Source: Paraspadella gotoi (taxonomy: Eukaryota > Animalia > Chaetognatha). Taken from it: 64,000 bases of DNA. The stretch lies in NCBI GenBank assembly GCA_051294375.1, contig CM119263.1, forward strand, positions 23,246,525 to 23,310,524, given 5' to 3'. Each line of letters starts with the position of its first letter. The first letter of the stretch is position 1. Shown here in pieces: positions 1 through 11,000 of this stretch. Under the pieces are notes generated by a model. It had not been told where the DNA came from and ran no database searches. It saw nothing but the letters and a program-made list of their open reading frames with translations. Made by a program: the position numbers and the translations under genes.

Positions 1-640
1 AAACCATTTTTTTTTCTGACTCGCGGTTGACGCTGAGCCGTGCGCATTTACGGACGAGTACGCGCGTTTGTCACTTTGGAGGAAGTCTTTTTTTTGGGTG
101 GGATGGGGCGTTACCGGTCAGTTCCTTCCTTCCTTTTTTTAAAACTGTGATTGGGTTTTAAAATTGTAATTGCTTTTCTTCTGCTTCTTTTTATTTTTGT
201 CTCTCATATCTTTTACTTCTATTTTCTATTTTAAATTTTCTTTCTATTTTCTATTTCTTTTTCCAAACACTTTCAAAAATGTGTTATACTTTTCCCAACA
301 AAATAAATGAATAAATAAAAATTAAACAACGAAACAAAATAACCAAAAATCGTCTCGATCTGAACTTCATCTCTTTAAGTTTTAAAAAAAGGGGGAGAAA
401 ACAAAAGGCCGAGAAGGAGAAAGGAATAAGAGAAAGAGAAAAACAAAAGAAGGAAGAAGAAGAAAAGGAACAAAGCGAAGAAGGAAACGAAGGTCGTTCG
501 AGTTCGCGAAGAAAAAGGGGGCGCGCCGGAAATGAGAAAAGGCGTCACCCGAAAGATGGACCGTGAAGAAGGGAGGGGAGGAAGGAAGAGGTAGTGGACA
601 GGAGGATGATATTTGGGGATAGGATAGCTGAAGTTGGAGA

Positions 641-697
<57 letters not shown>

Positions 698-2037
698 AGA
701 CAAGATGGAGAGACGAGCCCATTTAAAAAAATGAAGAGTTAAAGAAAGTAGAATCAGAGCGAAATAATTCGCAAAATATTTGTATTATTAATATTAATCA
801 GAAGTGTGATGATGAAGCGGCACCGTCCTAAACCACGCACAAAAACCCTTACCTCACAACCTCACCCTTCATTTTCCCAGCCGTCGCCTTTCCCTCTCGC
901 GCGACTGTTTTGTCTGGCGCGATGACAGTTGGACTCCACGTGTCCTTCCCTCAACTCTGACCTTTCATTATTTTGGTGTATGAGCAGCGGGGCGTGCCGG
1001 GCCGAGCGGGACCGAGCGAGGCCGCGCCGGGGCGCCGGGTGGCGAGAATCCGGCGCCTCGAGAGGGCGTGCCTGGGCTCGAAGGGGCGATGAACGCAGGA
1101 TGGCGGATGTTAAAGCAAAACGAGTGCGATAGAGTAGGATGACGTTTGTTTAATAGTTTAAGAGTTTTAATCTACTTACGTTTTTAACAATCTAATTAAA
1201 TTAAATCCACGCTTTTTCCACAGACCGGTAATGGTTTTTACCATGACCTGACTGACTGATCACTCTTAATGCTGTCGTCGTATGTGTCAAGCTCGATTGG
1301 ATCTATCGAGCTCGAATCCACAGATTTCACACTTTACACTGACACTCTTAAAGAGTCTCGTTTTTACCCACCCGTCTTCACTCCTCGTCGTCTCTGGACA
1401 GCTCCAGTTTTGACTCCGACACCTCGCGGGTCAAAGCGAAAGATTTTTAAAAAAGAGCAATCGCTCTAAAAGCCAGAAAGATGGAAATGAAAGAATGAGT
1501 GATGAAAGCAAAGATTATTGTTTAAGGGAAGATGTGAAAATTTCGTTTAATTATATATATAAATTTCTTGTTTAATCTCGACGTCGCGAAAAAGTAGTTT
1601 AATCTTCAAAAGTCAAAACTAACTCCGATAGTTATTATTTATGACGCCAAATTGTTTGTAACGTGTTCGTTTCACGTTCTTGCCAAACGCGGGCTCTTTC
1701 ATTAGCTTTATCTGAGACTTTAGCCGAGGTTAGTTTTGTTTTGTTTTTTCTCTACTGATTTTCGTTTTTTACATCGTTACTTATTATTGTTTATTTTTTA
1801 TTGTAAAATTTAAGACAACGTTTTTGCTTTTAGTTTTCTCATGGACCTTTACATAATTTTAATTTAGTCACTTTTATGTTTTTATTTCGACTTTTTTTCT
1901 AACTTGTCATAACCGAGAAAAACATAATAAAGAGAGAGTCAGATAATATCAAACGATATTTGATATTTGTCAACCAACTTGGTTATTTCGTTTTTTTCAA
2001 TCAAAATAACAAAAAAAATCAAACAAAATACGTAATA

Positions 2038-2567
2038 CAGGGACTTCAATCTGAACTGATACGAAAAGACTTGTAATATAATCAAAATGATGAGCAAGCA
2101 GGTTACTAATAGAAAAATACTTGACTTTTTTTCTCACCAATTCGTAACTAGGATAGTTGCTATATTATAAACATTTTCCTCAGAGGGTAAATTTCTGAAT
2201 TTTTTTACTTTGAATTTTTTATTTTGAAAGTAGATCTTACTATCAATCCTACAGTTCCCATTAAAACAATTGAATCACCAAACTGACTTTTTATCACTAA
2301 TTTTTTAAAATTTTTATCATAGATAACCTCACAATAAGCGTTAAAAATTTTTAAATTGTTAAAAACTGTTCAAATTTGGACCCAAAAAAAGAAACAAAAA
2401 TATCTCCGCGCATGAGAGCCACTGTGATTATACTATTAGGAAATTTGAACATTTTTTGGGGCAACATAAACGTCAAGTAGTTTTCTAACTAATAAATGTT
2501 ATCAAAATAAGATACAGTGAAAGAATTACGAGTTTAATCAAGTCTTTTCGTATCAGATTTAAGTCTC
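2038..2567. mobile_element. Non-autonomous DNA transposon (MITE) with long imperfect terminal inverted repeats
   Basis: Perfect 18-bp inverted pair CTGATACGAAAAGACTTG (2056-2073) / CAAGTCTTTTCGTATCAG (2539-2556). A second inner pair is AGAAAAATACTTGAC (~2111) / GTCAAGTAGTTTTCT (~2472). The left end TA|CAGGG resembles Tc1/mariner ends; the interior is AT-rich and non-coding. Confidence 0.65.
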
Positions 2568-5059
2568 AATATGAACTAAAAAGATAACCCGACGTCTCTT
2601 TTGTTTTCGCTTGTTTTTCTCTTGTCTCTCCAGACGCCCAGCCGCCCTCTTTAACCGCCCTCTTTAACCGCCAGCTTTAACCGTCTGTCCGCCTCTTTTT
2701 CCCGGCCGCCCGCTTCCTCTGAGCCGCCCGCCTCATCCGCCCGCAACAGAGTCTCGAGTTTCGCCCAAAATTTTGGGGCGACAAGTTTTGATGAATTAGT
2801 TCATCGCCGAACCTCCCTTTACTTTTCCACTTGTCTTATTTTTTCCTCCCTTTTTTTTTCTTTTCTGTCTTCTCTTTTTTTCGTGGAACTCGGTGTCTGG
2901 AGAAAGAATATGAGGATGAGGAGGAGGAGGAGGAGGAGGCTATTAGAGTCAGAGCCCTTATTCGACTATGATTCGACTACCTCAAACGGTACAATGAAAT
3001 CATGATTTCATGATTTTATGTATTCATGCTCCTCATCTTCTATTAAATGCACTCCTGTTTTATTTCGGGCATCTACTTCTCCTCCTCCTCTAACTCCTCC
3101 ACTTACTCCTCCTAATTATGAATTCAGACAGGGCGAGCACAAAGTTTTAAGAGTTTAGGTCGCGGAAACCGAGATTGTCAAGAAACAGTTGGGGTAAGAG
3201 TGAGACAGAGTAAGAAACGAATGCAAGAGAACGAAGAGAATATGAACGATTTGAGTCTGGTACAGGGAAAAATTAATCTAAAACTGAAATACTAAAATGT
3301 CATAAGTCATTGCTCTGTATTGCTCTTTCTTTGATTCATTGAACCATTGCGTTATTGTGACACTATTTCAGTTGATGCTACGCCAGGCTACGGAACTTGA
3401 CATAGGGTCCACCACCTCGTCACCTGTTTCACCACCACGACATCTGCTCCACTCAATTTCACTTAATTTGCAGGCATCTCTTACGTCCCTTCGTACTTCC
3501 ATATGTGAGTAAGTCAAACCAACATCTGGCATCTGATTCATAATCACTCAAATCACTCAAACAGCCTACTCTACGGCACCTGATGCAACCAATTTCGCAC
3601 CTGCCTTTCATTTCGATTCGTACCGACGCTTTATTATTATCTTCCTCTGAATTGTCGCCCGCTGCGACTCATGATTCATAGTCCTCCTCATTTCATTATT
3701 CGATTTTCAGTCGAAATAAAAGAAAAATGGTTGAAGCGACGCCGAAGGAGGAACAACGACGGCAACGACGAAGATGAAAAGGGTAAAATGTCTATTGGCC
3801 AATCGCGGCATCTTATTGGTATCATATTGGTAGCACAATCGCATTCTTTTCTTGAAGCCCAAAGATTAAGACCCGATTTATAGAGTCGTAAGTAAAAATG
3901 TAAAAATGTAAAAATGTAATCGATTCATCTCGTTTTCTTCGCCCATTTCGCAAAAACAATAAAAACAACAACAACAACAACAACAACCGTCGCTATTTCC
4001 TCCCATCCTTTCTGTCTCCGCCTCTCAATCTCACCGGAGGCGATCGTTTGTCGCCAATCTACTAAATTCCAGTCGCAGGAGACGCAGCCGCCGCCGCAGG
4101 CCCAACGATATCCGCGGCAGCAGCGGAGATGGCAGCCATTTTTTTAAAAAGCAAAAATGGCGACCCGGCGACTGGCGACGGCGACGATCCTCGTTACAGA
4201 AAAATGCTAATGGATCAAAAGAGTCTATTGACTCGAGAATAATGAGGCTCGGCGAATTGAAAGGCGAGCGATAGAGACGGAGCTATATAGAGATGGCGCT
4301 ATAGAGATGGAGAGATAGAGAGATGCGAAACGATTGAGAAAGGATGAAGCATTTTTTTTAATTTCTCAGGAAAAAAAATTGTCGTTCTCTCGACGCGCGA
4401 CGAAGTTTGTGCTTTTTTTCTCTTTATTTTCCATTGAAAGAAAAACCTGAATCATACTTGTATGAAGTGTCACTTTTGTATAAACTGTTGTATGAACTTT
4501 TGAATGTAATTTTCGTATTTCATGGCGAACTTCTTAATAAATAATAACTATTATTTTTTCAGTTTTCATTATTTTGCTTGCTATGTCTAAGTCGGAAGTT
4601 TGCACATATACTTGAATTATCCGTTTATTTTATCATTCTTTATTATAGCAAAACAATTTATACTTCATCAATGTAAAGAATGATTGAGAAAATGTGCGTA
4701 AGATGATATCTAACAAAAAATTCATTAAGAATTGGAAAATGAGCGAAAAAGGCTATTATTCTAAAACGGTGTAAATGATACCTAAAACAGAAATATTAAA
4801 CTGCTAACTAGATTGATGAGGGCAACAGAATCACACAAAAAACATGATTAACATTAGCAGTAGTGTAGAGGTTTTCCTGGCGGAGTTGTAGCATAAGAGT
4901 TTCGCCGCTGAAAATGGACATTCTTGTCTTGAGTTAAAGCTTAAACAGTGTCACAGTTTTCATTTTCAAATTTCAGGAAACCAAAATCACTTATAAAAAA
5001 AATATTCCGTGAACATCTAAAACGACGCCGCTGAATCGTAGCAAAAACTAAGAGACAAT

Positions 5060-8000
5060 TCAGGATTTGACTGGCTGAGCAGAAATGTCTTGGAAAAAGC
5101 TGAAGGTAGAAAAAGTCGTCCCGTTGCACGATTTGACAACTGGGTCTTCGACGTCTTTGCGGGGACCGTCGGAGCCGTTGCACGTGTTGCCAACTGGAGC
5201 GAGAGCGACGTTACCAGAGCTGATCGTCGCGACTGTCACGAGACTGTTGGAGTCGTCATTCGGATCCTGAGCGACTCTGTTCGGACTGACTTCTTTGCTC
5301 TCGTAGACGCGGCCCTCGCATTGCCGCGCATGCGCAGTCGGGCCGAAGTAAGAGAGGAAGATGGGGAGGAAGACGAGACCATGGAAGAGACCGAAGACGA
5401 CGATGCCGAAGAAAATTTTGAAAAAAGCCTGAGATTTAGTAGATACTATTATTATTTTTTTTTTTTCCAAAAAAAATAATATTCTACGTCAATTTTACTT
5501 CAAATATGTAAGAGGTGGAACCGGCGAGAAGGATGATGGCGACGAATGTGGAGAATCCTCCGTTGAATACCGCGGGGCCCATGAGAATCAGGGTCTGTCT
5601 GGCTCGCTCGTCCCGAGTTCCTGAAAAAATTAAATTTCATTTTTACGATTGACTTCGTTATATATTAATAGCAAAATAAAAACAAAATTTGTTTAAAACC
5701 AGTGTTTCGTGTAATACTGTAGTCGGGCATAGCCTAGGTTCACCCCGGCTATAAGCATGACTCTTTCAGTTGTGACCCGGTGGCTCATTGAGTAAAGCCA
5801 TCAGCTCATGACCACTAGGTACCGGGTTCATTCCCAACCCGGTACCTACCCTGCGGGAAGAGTGAGGACGGCCGCCTTGGGGGCGTGGCAAACCCTCAAG
5901 CCTAGTTCCAAGCCCAGGACCCGTTCCATGTCTGCTAGAGGGGGTTATAAAAGTTACGGATAGTCATCTTCTGCCCAGTTAGCCCCTTATCCACAATACC
6001 ATGTCATTGCTTGCCGTTATACAGTACAAAATAAACTCTCTGCAGGAAATCTTAAAGCATAGTGCTTACCAAGACAACAGACGCTGCTTCCAGACGGCTC
6101 ACCTTGCACAGTCATGAAGGTGTGCCCGATGTGAGATGAGTAGTCGATGCACAAACCGATGGCGAGCGTGATGCATGTCGCAGTCATAGTCTCGATGGAG
6201 AGACCCCAGAAGTAGAAGAGTCCTCCTGATTGAAGAAATAAGTTGGAGTGAGAATGAGTGGCACGGAGAAACAGACAGACAGACGGACAGAGAGACGAAC
6301 CGACGTCGACGAGCGTGAGCAGAACGGCGAAGACGACGAAGACGCAAGTCAACGGGCTGGCGATGAGAACGAGGGCGACGATAAAGACTGAGGCAAGAGC
6401 GATGAGGCAATTTCGAATGAGTTCCTCCGCGATCACCTGGCGAGAGAAATCGGAGAAAACAAAGGAACAGTGGAGAAGTTATGGTGAAATCATTTGGAAT
6501 TTATAAAACAAAAATTGAATGAATGAATGAATAAATGAAGGAAGTGAATATAAATAACTGAATAAATAAAACCATTCCCTACCTCGTTCGTCTCCCACTC
6601 GCGATATTTGATGGCGTAAGTAAAAGCGTTCTCCTTCGCCATCTGCAAGGTTTCCGCCACAAGACGTTTCAACTCGTTCTTTCCGTTGATTTCTTCGCTC
6701 GCCCCGTTGTAGTCCACGTGTTGAAAGTGGAGCCGAGACGCGGAGATGGTGCAGTTGCTTAAAATGGTTTAAAGAGTTTAAAGAATTTTCGCGTGGAGTT
6801 GATATTGAAGAGACAGTAATTATTGATATGAAATTGGTAAAACCAATATAAAAATTAGCCATCCATTTAATAAATAAGCTATCTTGTCCCTGACTTTGGA
6901 CAGGCTTTGGTGGTTTAAGGCCTCCATCACACTTGCAAGAGAATAACATAGCAGGTTTCTGATATGTGTTAGTGACAGAACCGTTCAATATAAGTTAAGT
7001 GCCCCATCCCTCTTAACTGCTCGGCGACCACCGGGATAGAACCTCGGACCTTTGGGTTGGGAGGCGAATGACTTGCCTCCGGCACCAATGGCCGCTAATG
7101 AACGGTTGGTGGATTTTATCCCACCATAATATTGTATTTTAAAACCAATTGAATTAACGATTGACCCGTTCATAAAAAGGCCCTCGCACCATGCAACAGG
7201 CGGGTTATGCGCCCCGTCCCATGTTGTGATCCAACCCGAGTGACTAGACTGCGGCTCAATCGCCCACTGTTAATGAATGGATTTCAATCGACCCAAAAAA
7301 TGAACTTACTCTTAATGAACGATGGATTTCAATCGACCCAAAAAATGAACTTACTCTTAATGAACGATGGATTTCAATCGACCCAAAAAATGAACTTACT
7401 CTTAATGAACGATGGATTTCAATCGACCCAAAAAATGAACTTACTCTTAATGAACGATGGATTTCAATCGACCCAAAAAATGAACTTACTCTTAATGAAC
7501 GATGGATTTCAATCGACCCAAAAAATGAACTTACTCTTAATGAACGATGGATTTCAATCGACCCAAAAAATGAACTCACTCGTTCTCGTCGATTTCAATG
7601 TCGTCGGCAAATTCGCCTCCCTTCGAACTTCGCAGGAAACGAGTGAAATTGTGACAGAAATTGGAATCGTCGATGGTTTGGTTTCCGTTCCACTCGTGGA
7701 AACTCGCGAACCAACTCTTCACAGAACCGTTCTTGTGGAAAATTAAGACGACTATTATAAGTTTATATTATATTATACTATATATTATTATTATTATTAA
7801 TATTAATATTATTATTATTATATTATATTATATATTAAGTTTTTTATAAGTTTATTTATAACGTTGATTTATTATATTTATTGATTTTTTTTTTAAATTC
7901 AGACCTTGACATCCGGACTGACTTCAAATTCTTTCGTCAACTTGAGAATCGAGTTTTGATGCCGAATGTAATCGACGCTGGACAAAAAGACGAAAGCGTT

Positions 8001-11000
8001 TTGTCCGTCGTTGGGAAAGAACTTCTTCTGGGCGTTTAAGTATTTGAAGGTCGGAGTGAAGTCTGTGAAAAGAAATGAAAGCGATAGTTTATGGTGGACT
8101 AAAATCCACCAACCGTTCCACTGCGGCCATTGGTGCCGGAGGCAAGTCAATAGCCTCCCAACCCAAAGGCCCGGGGTTCTCGCCCGGTGGTCGCCTAGCA
8201 GTGAAGAGGGGCGGGGCGCTTAACCCGCCTGTAACACGGTGTTGCGGCCTGATCCGAAGCTCAGGGACTGCTTATATAGAACGGTTCGGTCACTAACACA
8301 TAACAATAATTACTGTTTCTTCAAGTTATTAGTTTAATCGGACTAATGAACAAACAAACGAACGAACGAATGAACCAACAAACGAACCAATCCCTCACCG
8401 GGCAAATAACGAATCGGGTCAAAGTCCTGCTCGCTGGACAGAACTCCGTAAAGGCCCCCAGCAGCCATCGCAGCCGTCAACAGCAACAGCAGAGGCTTCA
8501 TCGCCCAATGGAGGATCGCCTTCACCAGCACCTGCTCGAAAACCCATTTCAAGATGCTGCGTTTGCTGCATTCGTTCTGTAAATAGGAAAAATTCATAGA
8601 TAACCATATACTATTTATAGTGTAAAAGAATGGAATTAATTATGAAGTAGGGAGAATTGTAGATTAACCGGTTTGTAGTTTTCTTCCAATTTGAGAAAAG
8701 GTAAGCAGGCGTCCCTTCGCGCCTTCGTCCGTCGAATGTCGCAGGACAGGAAAGCAGCGAAGAAAAACGACTGTGGAAAAACAAATGAACATCGTTATTT
8801 CACCGTCGACAGATGGTTTGACTCATCACAGATGCTTTTTGATTCCCCATATAAATTATTATTGAGACTCGCCTGCATGAGGTAGAGCCACAAGATGCCA
8901 ATGGCGGCGTAGATGCAAAAGGACCTCATGGCCGGCAAAACGGAAGTTGCGCTGATGGCGAAGACCAGGAAATCGGTGATCGAAGTCACCTAAAGTGGAG
9001 AAAAATAACGACGAAGATTTGTCATTATGAATAAATAAATTTAGCAATCTGAGAATTAGCTATTCAATCGATCAATTTAATATCTCATTTCTTATCTATA
9101 ATCTATCAATTAGATCAGAGATTAATCAATCAATCGATCTTTTTCAAACAATTAGGAATCAACCAATGTAACATTCAATTAATTATCAATTAACGTAATT
9201 AACGAATTACCCTAAGAATCGAAAAAAAAACAACTAAAGCATGGAATCAATGATCAATAAGCTTCTCCCAAACAGCACTCTCCCACGCTCACAACCACCG
9301 TGATAGCCACGCCCGCCCGTCGCATGGTCGCCGCCATTTGCGTCTCGGCGTCGGCCTCCAACCGGAAGTCGGCGTCGAGGGCGTCGCGGGCGGCGACGAT
9401 GACGAAGGCGTCGTCGACGCCGATGCCGAGAAGTAGGAAGGGGAGGACAGAGTGGATGGGGCCGTAAAAGACCCCGAAGGCCAGGGCCGTGCCGTAGGCG
9501 CTGTTGGGAGGCGCGGGGGGGGGCCGATTGGGTCAAGATTTATGGAAATTGATGAGATTCATTGAGATTTATTGATATTTGTGGAGATTTATGAGATTTT
9601 TGGAGATTTATGAGATTTGTGGAGATTTATGAGATTTGTGGAGATCTTTAAGATTTTTGGAGATTTATGAGATTTGTGCAGATTTATAAGAAAAGTTAGG
9701 AAATTAATTGGAAGAGATAATCGATCTGACATAGCGACATCGTTTAATGCCTTTTAAATTGCGCTTGCAGACTCCGTATTCCTAAAATAGAAGACATTTT
9801 GCGGGAACTTAATGGGGCCTTACCCAAAGCGTCCCAATTTTTTCGCCTCTCAGTCTCAGGGTTTAATGAACGACTTCTTTGCTAAATTCGGTTTTCAAAT
9901 CCCCAGCAATATACAATTTTACGATCTTACTGTGCTAGCAGGTTTTCTGTTAACAACCGATAGATTTTTTTTTATCATTGTTCTTTCGAACAAACGCTTT
10001 ATAATTCAATTTAATTCAATTTAATTTAATTTTACAAGTTATATAATATTTTTATATTCGCTTAAATTTCGCATTAACTCCAAGTCAATCTTCCAATGTG
10101 AGTTACACTGTTAGTTACAGTACTTACAGTTTCTTTCTCAATCATTAGCCTGAATGTTTTTAAAAATCGCCTAACCTGCCGATGCCGAAGCCGACGGCGA
10201 GCACGCTCGTCAAGGCGAGCCAAACTCTATGTCGAAGGCGACTCAATTCGCCCAACATAAGCGTCACGTAGACGACGATGAGGACGAAGCCGGCGAAGAG
10301 GGCGTTGAGGTCACCGTACACGGTCTCGTCGAAGTCGCGGAGGCGCATCCATTCGTTGAAGCCAAAGACGTTGGCCAACCCGTTTCTAGATGTTATGAAT
10401 TTGAAGGGAAAATTGTTTATTGATGTCTTGTGGCAGTATATTCACACCGCCTCATGTCCACTATCGTTGAACCAATACCATTGGCTCAGAGGGTGAACGC
10501 ACCATCCCAGGCTTTGCGTTCCATCCACAGTCCTAACGACTTTCCTCAGCGTTGGCAAAGCGAGACCGTCCTGGGGTAACCGCGCCAGTGACAAGAGGCG
10601 TCACTGAGGGTCGGAAGCCCCCACAGCCAACAGTGAGATGCCCCATCCCAATGGGCATCACAGGCATCCCGGCTGTTGTCATTGTCTGATGTTGTTTCAC
10701 AGCAGCTTTTCAGTGAATAACCTTTTTTGTAAGTCGACAACACTATTTTTCGGGTCTTTTGTCTCGCGCTTTATTTCTTCTCAAAGAAAACGCTGTGGCA
10801 ACAGTGAGATTGCCCATGATACATGGGTGGTGAGTTTGTGAGTTTTTTTACTCACTTTTTGGCGAGTTCTTCGTCGTTGAAGATGTTCACGAATTCCTCC
10901 TCCCAAATGTCGATTCCCGTCGTTGAGGTATCGTCGGATTTCTTTTCGCTCAGCAGCGTGCATCTGGGTAATAAAGGTAAGTTCAATATAGGATTTACAC

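Noticed and set aside
4135-4162. Inverted repeat GCCATTTTT...AAAAATGGC (YY1-like pair)
   Set aside because: Short, largely homopolymeric, and not linked to an identifiable gene start.
7207-7746. 179-aa and 107-aa repeat ORFs; CRISPR-like appearance
   Set aside because: The units are identical 45-mers with no spacers, inside a eukaryotic intron. The ORFs arise because the unit length is a multiple of 3.
8123-8194. Functional tRNA-Gly gene
   Set aside because: The T-loop (GGTTCTCGCCC) and the D and anticodon stems are degenerate, and the unit is embedded in a repeated element.
5090-10496. Several plus-strand ORFs overlapping the patched-domain exons
   Set aside because: Antisense shadows of GC-rich hydrophobic codons.
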